A DNA stretch of 64,000 bases from an uncultured Oscillospiraceae bacterium (GCA_964370765.1 CAYJKW010000004.1:2995-66994), one strand, 5' to 3'; numbered from the stretch's first letter, positions 18,722 to 28,594 are shown. Notes: generated by a model from the sequence alone, not told the origin. Made by a program: numbers and translations.

Positions 18722-18943
18722 CTAAACCTCTAAGTCTGCAATCACATCCTTAAGTATTGCAAGTTCATCGGCTGTAAGTGATATACCCTTCCCCATCTTT
18801 GCGTGATCCGGCGACCAATCCCTAATATCAAACTTAGGTTCTCTTTCATTCCAGCTTACCATATTTAGTTCGCGTTGCCAACCATTATTCCCCTCTGATA
18901 AAACTGCTATGTTCTCTGTAATCTCATACTTAAACTCTGCCAT
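18722..18943 (-). CDS. Small PC4/YdbC-like nucleic-acid-binding protein (provisional)
   Basis: 73 aa. The pattern WQRELNMVSWNEREPKFDIRDW resembles the YdbC/PC4 family (call made from memory). Confidence 0.6.
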   Translation of the reverse strand: MAEFKYEITENIAVLSEGNNGWQRELNMVSWNEREPKFDIRDWSPDHAKMGKGISLTADELAILKDVIADLEV

Positions 18944-18961
18944 AACTTCTTCCTTTCTTTA

Positions 18962-20401
18962 TTATAATGAATTTAACTTATCGGTTAAAAGCTCGGTAAA
19001 AATTTTAGGGTTACCTTTTCCTTTACTAAGCTTCATACACTGTCCAACAAAAAATCCCAGTGCATTTGTTTTGCCGTTTTTATAATCCTCAACGACCTTC
19101 TCGTTATTCTGTATTACCGTTGTAACAATTTCTGCAAGTGCATCACTATCGTTAATCTGAATTAAGTTTTTATCCTTTGCAACCTGTTGTGGATCTGCAT
19201 CCTGTTCTAACAAAACCTCCAGTACAGTTTTGCCGGCGGTATTGCTTATTGAGCCGTTTTCTATAAGCTGAACCATCTCTTTTAACCTTTGTGGTTTTAA
19301 AGCAGTTTCCTCAATAGATTTTCTCGTTTTTGCAAGGTAGGCAGCAATGTCCCCTATTATCCAGTTGCAGATTGATTTTGCAGACTTTGTGTCTTCCTGT
19401 ACTGCACTTTCAAAAAATTCGGCACGTGTACGATTTTCGGCAAGCAGAACAGCATCAGCAACCGGCAATCGATAATTCTGCATATACCTTTTTGCTTTTG
19501 CCACCGGAAGTTCCGGCATAAGTGATTTCATCTCCTCTATAGTATCTAAGGATACCGTAAATCCAAGCAGATCGGGCTCTGGAAAATAGCGATAATCGTG
19601 TGCATCCTCTTTACTTCTTAACAGTACACTTTCACCCTTTTGGTCATCCCAGCGCCTTGTCTGTTGTTCGATTATCTCACCGGCATCAAGCATCTTTGTC
19701 TGCCTTTTCACCTCGTATAGTATGCCACGATACACAGCCCCAAAGCTATTTACGTTTTTCATTTCACATCGTGTGCCAAATTCCTTTGCACCCACAGGTC
19801 TAAGCGAAACATTTACGTCACAACGTACATTACCTTCCTGCATCTTAGCATCACTAATGCCTATGTAAAGCAGTATGGCGTGTATAGTTTCAAGATAGGC
19901 TTTAGCCTCCTCTGCACTGCGCATATCCGGCTCAGATACAATCTCGATAAGTGGAACCCCACATCGATTATAATCAGCAAGTGTTCCCTCTATCCCATCA
20001 ACACGGACTATCTTACCCGCATCTTCTTCGATATGTATTCGGGTGATACCTATGGTTTTGGTCTGCTCGCCTACTAAAATATCCAGCTTTCCATGCTCAC
20101 ACAACGGGACATCAAATTGCGAAATTTGGTATCCTTTAGGCAAATCCGGGTAAAAATAGTTTTTCCTATCCTGCTTTGATACCCTGTTTATACTACATCC
20201 AAGTGCAATACCCATCTTAACGCAGTAATCCACAACCGAGCTATTAAGAGTTGGCAAAGTTCCCGGCATTCCTGTGCATATGGGGCAGGTCAATGTATTA
20301 ACCTCACGTCCGAATTCATTTTTGCATCCACAGTAAATTTTTGTATTTGTATTCAGCTCAGCATGAACCTCAAGGCCTATGACAGTTTCGTATTTTGACA
20401 T
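18962..20401 (-). CDS. gatB: Asp/Glu-tRNA(Asn/Gln) amidotransferase subunit B (copy 1)
   Basis: IGLEVHAEL, QDRKNYFYPDLPKGYQISQ and GITRIHIEEDAGK motifs, with a C-terminal YqeY-like tail. The start overlaps the gatA stop by 1 nt. Confidence 0.95.
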   Translation of the reverse strand: MSKYETVIGLEVHAELNTNTKIYCGCKNEFGREVNTLTCPICTGMPGTLPTLNSSVVDYCVKMGIALGCSINRVSKQDRKNYFYPDLPKGYQISQFDVPLCEHGKLDILVGEQTKTIGITRIHIEEDAGKIVRVDGIEGTLADYNRCGVPLIEIVSEPDMRSAEEAKAYLETIHAILLYIGISDAKMQEGNVRCDVNVSLRPVGAKEFGTRCEMKNVNSFGAVYRGILYEVKRQTKMLDAGEIIEQQTRRWDDQKGESVLLRSKEDAHDYRYFPEPDLLGFTVSLDTIEEMKSLMPELPVAKAKRYMQNYRLPVADAVLLAENRTRAEFFESAVQEDTKSAKSICNWIIGDIAAYLAKTRKSIEETALKPQRLKEMVQLIENGSISNTAGKTVLEVLLEQDADPQQVAKDKNLIQINDSDALAEIVTTVIQNNEKVVEDYKNGKTNALGFFVGQCMKLSKGKGNPKIFTELLTDKLNSL

Positions 20402-21852
20402 TATTTCACCTCCGGGGCTGCAAACCCACCAACCAACTTCTCGTACTGTGCACCAACCGAAAGCAGTGAATAATCATCAGAATGTCGTCCTATCAGTTGT
20501 AAGCCTATCGGCAATCCATCCTTTGAAAGTCCGGCTGGTAATGCAAGCGCCGGTAATCCAGCAAGATTAACCGTTACTGTACAGCTATCACCTGCATACA
20601 TCTTTATCGGATCGGTGTTTCGTTCACCTATCTTGAAGGCTGGGGAGGGCGCAATAGGCGTAAGCAACATATCACACTGTGATAAAACCGAGTCAAACTC
20701 TGCCGCAAATCGACGTTGTAAAAGCTTAGCTCTTTTGTAATAAGCATCGTAGTATCCACTTGATAGCACATATGTACCTAATAAAATACGCCGTTTAACC
20801 TCATCACCAAATCCTTCGGTTCTTGTTTTTTTGTACAGTTCATCAAGGTTATCGGTTTCTACACGCATTCCATATTTTACACCATCGTAACGAGCAAGGT
20901 TTGAAGATGCCTCAGCCGATGATATTATATAATAGGCAGACAACGAATAGCCGGTGCTCGGTATCGAAACATCCTTAATTATTGCACCTGCTTTCTCCAT
21001 TTCCTTAGCTGCAGCAAGCACTTTTTCTTTAGTTTCATCCTCGATTCCGTCAGAAAAATATTCCTTTGGTAGCCCTACTACTGTTCCTTTAAGCGATCTT
21101 TCATGCTTTACTAATTCTTTATCAATCGATGTTGCATCCATCCTATCGTGTCCGTGGATTACATCAAACACCGCCTTAACATCATCTACCGAACGACCAA
21201 GTGGCCCGATCTGATCTAAAGAGGAGGCGAAGGCAACCAGCCCATACCTTGACACCGTACCGTAAGACGGCTTAAACCCTACAACACCACAAAGTCCGGC
21301 CGGTTGGCGAATAGATCCGCCGGTATCCGATCCAAGTGTAACCATCCCTTCACAGGCGGCGATCGCCGCTGCACTACCGCCGGAAGATCCACCCGGTACA
21401 CAGGCAGTGTTAAAGGGATTACGAGTAGTTTTAAAATACGAATTCTCACAAGATGAACCCATAGCAAACTCATCCATATTAAGTTTGCCAAGCAATATAC
21501 CTCCAGCCTTTTCCATTCGATCAAAGGCGGTTGCATTGTATGGTGGCACAAAATTTTCAAGCATCCTTGATGCACAGCTTGTAGCTATCCCCTTTGTACA
21601 GATATTATCTTTAACAGCGTATGGGATTCCATCAAGCGGGCCAATGGTTTCGCCTTTTTTACGGCGCTCATCTGACTTTTTTGCATCCTGCATAGCTTTC
21701 TCGGCCGTTACGGTAATATATGCAGCTACCTTATCCTCAACATCATCAATTCGATCAAGACAGGCCTGTGTAAGTTCAGCGGAGGTAACCTCACCTGTTC
21801 TAAGTAGCGACCCTGCCTTTTTTGCGGTTAATTCATATAGTTTATTCATCAT
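20401..21852 (-). CDS. gatA: Glutamyl-tRNA(Gln)/aspartyl-tRNA(Asn) amidotransferase subunit A (copy 1)
   Basis: Amidase signature [12 protein letters not shown]...[12 protein letters not shown]. Confidence 0.95.
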   Translation of the reverse strand: MMNKLYELTAKKAGSLLRTGEVTSAELTQACLDRIDDVEDKVAAYITVTAEKAMQDAKKSDERRKKGETIGPLDGIPYAVKDNICTKGIATSCASRMLENFVPPYNATAFDRMEKAGGILLGKLNMDEFAMGSSCENSYFKTTRNPFNTACVPGGSSGGSAAAIAACEGMVTLGSDTGGSIRQPAGLCGVVGFKPSYGTVSRYGLVAFASSLDQIGPLGRSVDDVKAVFDVIHGHDRMDATSIDKELVKHERSLKGTVVGLPKEYFSDGIEDETKEKVLAAAKEMEKAGAIIKDVSIPSTGYSLSAYYIISSAEASSNLARYDGVKYGMRVETDNLDELYKKTRTEGFGDEVKRRILLGTYVLSSGYYDAYYKRAKLLQRRFAAEFDSVLSQCDMLLTPIAPSPAFKIGERNTDPIKMYAGDSCTVTVNLAGLPALALPAGLSKDGLPIGLQLIGRHSDDYSLLSVGAQYEKLVGGFAAPEVK

Positions 21853-21858
21853 CGCCCC

Positions 21859-22131
21859 CTAATTCTTTAATGTGGGTAACAATATACACCCTGCTTCGGT
21901 TTTAGGGACTACCGATAAAAACTCATCTCTGGTAAGTGATGCAGTAATTACATCTTCACGTAGTGTCATCTGACCAATCCCATCAATGGGATCCGATATG
22001 TCTGCTATATCGGGCAGATGCTCCACCATGCTTAATATATCATTCATCTGCGCCATAAAACGTTCCTCTTGCTGTGGCGCAAGTTCCAGCTGTGAGAGTT
22101 CACACAGCCTTTTAAAGTCCTTTTTTTCCAT
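21859..22131 (-). CDS. gatC: Amidotransferase subunit C (copy 1, divergent)
   Basis: 90 aa, in the canonical position upstream of gatA. It shows a GatC-like pattern (...LSQLELAPQQEE...M..ILS.V..L). The start overlaps the ligA stop by 1 nt (TAATG). Confidence 0.8.
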   Translation of the reverse strand: MEKKDFKRLCELSQLELAPQQEERFMAQMNDILSMVEHLPDIADISDPIDGIGQMTLREDVITASLTRDEFLSVVPKTEAGCILLPTLKN

Positions 22132-24101
22132 TAGTTCCCCTCAATCATTAATAGTAGTTCGTCCATCGATATTACCCTAACACCTGCATCGACGGCTTTT
22201 TTAAGTTTGCTACCTGCATCCTCACCGCAAAGCAGAAAGTCTGTCTTTTTTGAAACGCTTGCGGTAACCTTACCGCCATGTTTTTGTATAATCACCTTAG
22301 CTTCATCTCTGCTGTAGCCCGGTATTGTCCCTGTAACAACAAAGCTCCTGCCCTCTAAATAGGCTGAAACAGTACCACTTTGGTAGTTAGTGTTAACTCC
22401 ATAGCTCTTTAAGCTTGCTACTGTATTCATGGCCTGCTGTGTTAAAAAATAGTTGCACATACTTTGAGCTATAATAGGGCCGATACCATCTATCTCACAA
22501 ACCGCTTGCACCTCTGCAATAGCTATGGCATCAAGGGTCTTAAAGTGTTCACAGATAAGGGTAGCGGCACGTGCGCCGACATTCTTTATTCCAAAAGCAA
22601 ATACTAGCCTGTCAAGATTTTGTTTTTTTGATTCCGATATTGCATTAATCAAGTTTTCTGCCGAACGTTGAGCAAAGCCCTCAAGCTCTAAAAGCTGATC
22701 TGTTGTTAATGCATATATGTCCTCAACATTTTTTACAAGTCCAGCTAATACAAGTTGATGTGCAACGGCATCTCCAAGCCCCTCAATGTCCATCGCAGAA
22801 CGTGATGCATAGTGTATTATTCCGCGTAGTCGTTGTTCAGGGCAGTTAGGATTAACACAGCGCAGTGCAACCTCCTCCCCATTATCAACAAGGTCAGCTT
22901 TACAGGACGGGCACTCGCTTGGAAACTCATAGGGTATACTACTATCATCATGAGCGATCACCCTCACAATCTCCGGAATAATATCGCCCGCCTTTCGAAC
23001 TAAAACGGTGTCCCCTATTCGTATGTCCTTATCTGCGATAAAGTCACGATTATGCAGTGCCGCCCTTGCTACAGTTGTGCCGGCAAGTATTACCGGTTCT
23101 AAATCTGCAGTAGGGATAATTGCACCGGTTCTACCAACCGATATGGAAACTCCGATAAGCTTAGTGATTTTTTCTTCCGGTGGGTATTTAAATGCTGCGG
23201 CCCAACGTGGAAACTTAGATGTGCTACCAAGCAAAGGACGAAGCTCAATATTATCAAGCTTTACAACGGCACCATCAATATCAAAATCAAAATCCTTGCG
23301 CTGCTTGGCAATATTATCAATCACCTCTATGGCCTTATCAATATTATCCACATGTTTCGAACACGGCGGTGTAATAAACCCCATCTCGGCAAGTATACTT
23401 ATAGTCTCCTCATGGGAGCTTGAGGTTATGTCTCCCTGCTGTAGATTGAATATAATCAACTCCAGATTACGCTCTGCGGTAACCCTGCTATCCTTTTGAC
23501 GTAAAGAACCAGCCGCCGCATTACGCGGGTTCTTAAAGGGTTGCTCACCTGCCTGCTCCTGTTCAAGGGCAATTCTATTAAACACATCGCGAGGCATGTA
23601 AACTTCGCCTCTTACAGTAATATTAATCGGTTTTGGCAATGTTTTTGGCACCGATTTTATGGTTAAAATATTGGCAGTTACATCCTCACCTATCTCACCG
23701 TTCCCTCTTGTTACGCCTTTTAATAGGATACCATTTTCATAGACAAGTGATACCGAAAGTCCATCTATCTTAGGCTCTACAACATAGCTTGGAGAATCAA
23801 CCTTTTGCCTTATTCTGCTATCAAAATCCCGTAACGAATCAAACGAAAAAACATCCTGTAGGCTTTCCATCTTTACTGCATGGGCAACCTTTTCAAACTG
23901 TTCGTCCGCAACGCCCCCCACCCTATTTGTTGGGGAGTTTTCATCGTTATATTCAGGGTATTGTGTTTCTATGTTGCGCAGTTCTGTCATAAGTGCGTCA
24001 TACTCATAATCGTCTATTGATGAATTATTAAGCTGATAATACTCATGATTATGAATTCTTATTTTGCTGCGCAGTATATCAATTTTTTTCTTAATGTCCA
24101 A
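22131..24101 (-). CDS. ligA: NAD-dependent DNA ligase
   Basis: Adenylation motif VEPKIDGLS, Zn finger CPSCKADLV...CVNPNCP, HhH repeats and a C-terminal BRCT domain. 656 aa. Confidence 0.97.
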   Translation of the reverse strand: MDIKKKIDILRSKIRIHNHEYYQLNNSSIDDYEYDALMTELRNIETQYPEYNDENSPTNRVGGVADEQFEKVAHAVKMESLQDVFSFDSLRDFDSRIRQKVDSPSYVVEPKIDGLSVSLVYENGILLKGVTRGNGEIGEDVTANILTIKSVPKTLPKPINITVRGEVYMPRDVFNRIALEQEQAGEQPFKNPRNAAAGSLRQKDSRVTAERNLELIIFNLQQGDITSSSHEETISILAEMGFITPPCSKHVDNIDKAIEVIDNIAKQRKDFDFDIDGAVVKLDNIELRPLLGSTSKFPRWAAAFKYPPEEKITKLIGVSISVGRTGAIIPTADLEPVILAGTTVARAALHNRDFIADKDIRIGDTVLVRKAGDIIPEIVRVIAHDDSSIPYEFPSECPSCKADLVDNGEEVALRCVNPNCPEQRLRGIIHYASRSAMDIEGLGDAVAHQLVLAGLVKNVEDIYALTTDQLLELEGFAQRSAENLINAISESKKQNLDRLVFAFGIKNVGARAATLICEHFKTLDAIAIAEVQAVCEIDGIGPIIAQSMCNYFLTQQAMNTVASLKSYGVNTNYQSGTVSAYLEGRSFVVTGTIPGYSRDEAKVIIQKHGGKVTASVSKKTDFLLCGEDAGSKLKKAVDAGVRVISMDELLLMIEGN

Positions 24102-24228
24102 ACAAACCTCATTAATTCTTTAAGATAGTATAACATAAATTAATAATAAAAAGCAATTATATTTTTATTAAAAAAGCACTCAAAAGTTGCCGTAATCTGT
24201 CATTACTCACAATCAATTGCTGCCACGT

Positions 24229-24257
24229 TTGACATTTATTACAATTTGTTATATAAT
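24229..24257 (+). promoter_or_regulatory. Sigma-A-type promoter for the yibE/F-like gene
   Basis: TTGACA (24229-24234), a 17-nt spacer, then TATAAT (24252-24257). Both hexamers match consensus exactly. Confidence 0.55.
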
Positions 24258-24274
24258 AATTAGACGACATTAAA

Positions 24275-24320
24275 ACGTATCATTAAATGAGTTCCATGTT
24301 AATGATATGTTTTTTATTTT
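24275..24320 (+). terminator. Terminator-like hairpin inside the 5' leader of the yibE/F-like gene (possible attenuator)
   Basis: acgtatcattaa (24275-24286) pairs with ttaatgatatgt (24299-24310), including one G-U. TTTTTTATTTT follows. The hairpin lies between the promoter and the ATG at 24341. Confidence 0.4.
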
Positions 24321-24340
24321 AATCTTAAGGAAAATAAGTA

Positions 24341-25582
24341 ATGAAATTGAAAGTAAACAAGTTCAATTTAGTTATTTCTGCTATTATCGTTTTGGCTTCG
24401 ATCCTGTTCTTCTATATATATAATAGTATGATTAGCTATAATACACAGTATACCGGGCAGGAATTTCAAGCAGCAGAGGTAATAACCATCTCCAACTCTG
24501 AGGTTCAAGAGTCTGTGTTGTCTGATGGTAGCGGATATGGTGAAATCTTGCTAACTACATTTGTAGCAAGGATAACTTCGTCCGGAGAATTTGAGAATGA
24601 GACGGTTACTGCTGTGCAGTACTATGACAGTTACCTTTATGAAACATTAAGACCTGTTGAGGTTGGTGATAAGATAATATTATCCAAAACAACATCCGGT
24701 GATGCCATGGCGGACACATGGTATTTTTCAAATGTGGATCGTTCGGCAGGAATTGTAATCGCTATCTTAATATTCTTGGCAATTGTACTTTTAATTGGCC
24801 GAGGAAAAGGCTTTGCTGCAATTATCTCGTTAACCTTCACAATAGCTGCTATTTTTATAGTCTATGTTCCTTCAATACTATCAGGACTTAACATCTATCT
24901 TGTTACCGCAGGTGTAGCACTTTATATTGTAATTATGAGTTTATTGCTTCTTAACGGCCCTAACAGCAAAACATTTTGTGCCATTGCCGGCAATGTTATT
25001 GGAGTTTGCATTGCGGCTGTACTTGGTATTGTCGTAAGCAATATATTCATGATAAGTGGAGTTGTTAGTAACGAGCATATTACATTGGCCTACTATGGTA
25101 AAGAGGTCGGATTTGGACTTCACGAGATTATCTGGAGCGGAATGGTTATCGGTGCACTTGGAGCGATTATGGATGTCTCCATGTCGTTATCCTCTGCAAT
25201 GAAGGAGCTTGCCGATAATATAGAAAAACCAACAATTTTCACCCTTGTAAAGAGTGGCCTTAATATCGGACATGATATTATAGGTACAATGATGAACACC
25301 CTTATACTTGCCTATATTGGATCATCACTTGTGTCGGTACTATTGCTGACAATATTTAACGATAACTTTTTAACTATCTTTAACTCAGAGCTTGTTTTAG
25401 TTGAAATAATGCAGGCATTAGTCGGAAGTACAGGTATACTTCTTACTGTTCCTTTTACAGTCATTGTTTGTAGCTATGTATTTCTACGTAAACCAGCAGA
25501 TAAAAAGACATATCAAATAAATAATGATGACTATCTTTTTGATATCAAGCCACCAAACTCGGATGAAAACAAACAAGATTAA
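24341..25582 (+). CDS. YibE/F-family polytopic membrane protein
   Basis: 413 aa. An N-terminal TM helix and an extracytoplasmic domain are followed by about 7 TM helices with a YibE/F-like pattern (by eye). Confidence 0.75.
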   Translation: MKLKVNKFNLVISAIIVLASILFFYIYNSMISYNTQYTGQEFQAAEVITISNSEVQESVLSDGSGYGEILLTTFVARITSSGEFENETVTAVQYYDSYLYETLRPVEVGDKIILSKTTSGDAMADTWYFSNVDRSAGIVIAILIFLAIVLLIGRGKGFAAIISLTFTIAAIFIVYVPSILSGLNIYLVTAGVALYIVIMSLLLLNGPNSKTFCAIAGNVIGVCIAAVLGIVVSNIFMISGVVSNEHITLAYYGKEVGFGLHEIIWSGMVIGALGAIMDVSMSLSSAMKELADNIEKPTIFTLVKSGLNIGHDIIGTMMNTLILAYIGSSLVSVLLLTIFNDNFLTIFNSELVLVEIMQALVGSTGILLTVPFTVIVCSYVFLRKPADKKTYQINNDDYLFDIKPPNSDENKQD

Positions 25583-25655
25583 AACAACTTTTCTGACTAT
25601 TTTTTATATTTTAGGGTAAAATATAAATATTAATAAACATATATGGAGTGCTTAT

Positions 25656-26339
25656 ATGAAATTTGGAAAAATTTTGTCTACTATATTAGTATTTACACTT
25701 TTCACCGGATGTACCAACGACACTATTGCCGATATTTCTTCTATATCGTTGCAGGAGGAACCAGCGTTCCCTGCACCTGACCAGAGTGTAGCTATCGTTT
25801 TAAACGCACTTAAAGACGGTGACATCGAAACACTTAATTTATACGTAGAGAATGATGGCTATTCCATTGATACCCTAAATTTTGAAATACCTCAGTTTAG
25901 CGAGACAGACTATGAAAACGTTAGCACCATCGTTTCTGACATCAGCACAAAGCTATATAAAAACCTTGAATATGAAATAGTTGATAGTGATATAAGTGGC
26001 GATACAGCAATCGTAACTACTACACTTATAACGCCTAACGGGGAAGAACTGGTTAACACACTTGTAGCGGATATTGCTGTTGAATACACCAAAAACATGT
26101 TTAGCGGAGATGCAACTGAGGAAAACATCGCTATGAGTGCAGTCGAAATTTTATCAGATCATCTCGATTCCCCTAATATTGAGATGATCGAGGCTACAAC
26201 CGAGATAAAGCTAAAAAAAGGTGATGAGTACTGGATAATCGTTGCAGACGAGGAATTGTATGATACAATTACAGGTGGTACAATCTCTGCATCTAAAGAC
26301 CTTATACAGATGGTAGATATGTTTGTACCCGGACAATAA
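25656..26339 (+). CDS. Lipoprotein, acidic extracytoplasmic domain of unknown function
   Basis: Signal peptide with lipobox LFTGC (Cys about residue 19). GGAG RBS. Confidence 0.7.
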   Translation: MKFGKILSTILVFTLFTGCTNDTIADISSISLQEEPAFPAPDQSVAIVLNALKDGDIETLNLYVENDGYSIDTLNFEIPQFSETDYENVSTIVSDISTKLYKNLEYEIVDSDISGDTAIVTTTLITPNGEELVNTLVADIAVEYTKNMFSGDATEENIAMSAVEILSDHLDSPNIEMIEATTEIKLKKGDEYWIIVADEELYDTITGGTISASKDLIQMVDMFVPGQ

Positions 26340-26347
26340 CAAAGCTA

Positions 26348-26382
26348 AAACGGAGATGCACATTATAGTTGCATCTCCGTTT
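26348..26382. terminator. Bidirectional hairpin terminator overlapping the 3' end of the LysR gene
   Basis: 13-bp perfect stem aaacggagatgca / tgcatctccgttt with a 9-nt loop, followed by a T-rich run. Confidence 0.7.
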
Positions 26383-27286
26383 TATTTTGGCTTTTTATAA
26401 GTTTTACAAAGCTGGCCGCAGCTTTCGAAAGCGGTATATTAGAAGAATGAGCCATAGCTATATACCTATCCATTATAGGTGGGTTAAGATTAATCTCAAA
26501 CAGCTCACCCGAGTTTAGATAATGCATAGAAAATTCTTTTATAACACAGGATACCCCAAGCCCTATCTTAGAAAACTCAAGCAACAAATCATGTGACCCC
26601 AACTCTATTTCCGGCTGCAAGGTTACAGAGTGTTCTAAAAAATAACTATCAATATATCTGCGGCTGTTAGACTTTTGTTCAAGTAAGATAAGAGGAAGTT
26701 TTGATAGTTCTTGTGCCGATAGAACCGTACCTTTTATATTGTTGTATTTTTGACCTGCCACAAAAATATCATGTACATTTAAAAACGGGGTGACTACAAA
26801 ACCATCTTCATTATCAATAGGAAGATTTATAAAGGCTATATCTGCCGACGATGTATTTAGTAAATCTATACACTCCCTTGTGGTTCTATTAATCACACTT
26901 ATATTTATGTGTGGATACATCTCGTTAAACTGCTCTAACGATGGAATTAAAAGATGTTTTGATATCGTGTCGGCAGCTGCAATTTTAACCTCTCCCCTTT
27001 CAAGTTTAATCAACTCCTTAATCTTACTCTCACCACTTTTAATTAAATTAAGTGCAGGCTCTATATAACAAAAAAGCTCCTGCCCCTCTCTTGTTAATCT
27101 AACGCCTTTAGAATTTCTTGAAAAAAGCTTTATCCCAAGGTTTTTCTCTAATGTGTTTATCGTTTGGCTTACTGCCGGCTGGGTGATGTATAATGATTCT
27201 GCAGCGGCAGAAAAAGACAGCCTATTTGCCACTTCATAAAACACTTTGTAGTATTCAATATTAATATTTGAATTTTTTTGTTCCAT
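26363..27286 (-). CDS. LysR-family transcriptional regulator
   Basis: N-terminal wHTH (FSAAAESLYITQPAVSQTINTLEKNLGIKLF) plus a substrate-binding domain. 307 aa. Confidence 0.92.
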   Translation of the reverse strand: MEQKNSNINIEYYKVFYEVANRLSFSAAAESLYITQPAVSQTINTLEKNLGIKLFSRNSKGVRLTREGQELFCYIEPALNLIKSGESKIKELIKLERGEVKIAAADTISKHLLIPSLEQFNEMYPHINISVINRTTRECIDLLNTSSADIAFINLPIDNEDGFVVTPFLNVHDIFVAGQKYNNIKGTVLSAQELSKLPLILLEQKSNSRRYIDSYFLEHSVTLQPEIELGSHDLLLEFSKIGLGVSCVIKEFSMHYLNSGELFEINLNPPIMDRYIAMAHSSNIPLSKAAASFVKLIKSQNKTEMQL

Positions 27287-27338
27287 AATTCTTTCTTATA
27301 TCAACGATAATAAATAATAATTTTACTAATGATTAGAA

Positions 27339-27377
27339 TTATTGTATATTATATAAGGTAGAATGTCAATACAATAA
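27339..27377. promoter_or_regulatory. 9-bp inverted repeat TTATTGTAT-N21-ATACAATAA in the LysR/CofE-like divergent intergenic region
   Basis: Read directly. It is a candidate LysR operator, but the spacing is not the classic T-N11-A. Confidence 0.3.
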
Positions 27378-27394
27378 TGAATGGAGCTGAATAT

Positions 27395-28594
27395 ATGTCA
27401 AGAATGGTTGGAACTGTTTCACGAGGAATAAGAGCCCCTATTATCCGCGATGGTGATAACATTAAGGATATAGTAGTTAAAAGTGTAATGGATGCAGCAC
27501 ATGCAGAAAATTTTGCACTACGTGATCGCGATGTTGTAGGAATCACAGAGGCTGTAGTTGCAAGAGCACAGGGTAACTATGTTACAACCGAAATAATCGC
27601 CAAGGATGTTTCTTCAAAGTTTTCCGGTGGACATATCGGTGTTATCTTCCCTATACTTAGCCGTAACAGGTTTGCAATCTGCCTTCGTGGCATTGCAAAA
27701 GGTGCAAAAAAGGTTACTCTTATGATGAGCTACCCTTCCGACGAGGTTGGTAATCACCTTGTAGATATGGACGAGCTTGATAAGAATAACATAAATCCAT
27801 GGAACGATGTTCTTGATGAAAAGAGATATCGTGATCTATTTGGCTACAAAAAGCACACATTTACAGGTGTTGATTACGTTGAGTATTATACAACATTAAT
27901 ACGTGAAGAAGGTGCAGAGGCCGAGATAATATTTGCTAACGATTGCCGTACAATTTTAAACTACACTAAGGATGTACTGTGCTGTGATATTCATACACGT
28001 GAAAGAACAAAGAGAATTTTAAAACAGGCCGGTGCAAATACGGTATTGGGTCTTGACGATATTATGACTGTTTCGATAGATGGAAGTGGTTGTAACTCCG
28101 AATATGGTTTACTTGGCTCTAATAAAGCGACTGAAGCGACAGTTAAGCTATTCCCTACCGGCTGTGATGAACTTGCTAAAGAGATACAGGATAGCTTTAA
28201 AACATTAACAGGTAAAAATATAGAGGTACTAATCTATGGTGATGGTGCATTTAAGGATCCTGTAGGTAAAATTTGGGAACTTGCTGATCCGGTTGTATCG
28301 CCCGGTCATACCAGTGGACTTAACGGCACGCCAAACGAGCTGAAGTTAAAATATCTTGCCGATAATGATTTTGCAAACCTTAGTGGTGATGAACTTAAAG
28401 AAGCTATCTCCAAAACAATTATCGAAAAGGATAAGAATAATCAAAGTCTTGTAGGTCAGATGGCTACACAGGGTACAACACCACGTAGATTAACAGACCT
28501 TATCGGATCACTTTGTGACCTAACCTCCGGCAGTGGTGACAAGGGTACACCAATCATCCTTGTCCAAGGATATTTTGATAACTATACAGATTAA
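27395..28594 (+). CDS. F420-0:gamma-glutamyl ligase (CofE)-like ligase family protein (provisional)
   Basis: The N-terminal pattern RGIRAPIIRDGDNI...DRDVVGITEAVVARAQGN and the C-terminal ...DLTSGSGDKGTPIILVQGY resemble CofE-type ligases. The start was set at the ATG with GGAG 8 nt upstream. Confidence 0.55.
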   Translation: MSRMVGTVSRGIRAPIIRDGDNIKDIVVKSVMDAAHAENFALRDRDVVGITEAVVARAQGNYVTTEIIAKDVSSKFSGGHIGVIFPILSRNRFAICLRGIAKGAKKVTLMMSYPSDEVGNHLVDMDELDKNNINPWNDVLDEKRYRDLFGYKKHTFTGVDYVEYYTTLIREEGAEAEIIFANDCRTILNYTKDVLCCDIHTRERTKRILKQAGANTVLGLDDIMTVSIDGSGCNSEYGLLGSNKATEATVKLFPTGCDELAKEIQDSFKTLTGKNIEVLIYGDGAFKDPVGKIWELADPVVSPGHTSGLNGTPNELKLKYLADNDFANLSGDELKEAISKTIIEKDKNNQSLVGQMATQGTTPRRLTDLIGSLCDLTSGSGDKGTPIILVQGYFDNYTD

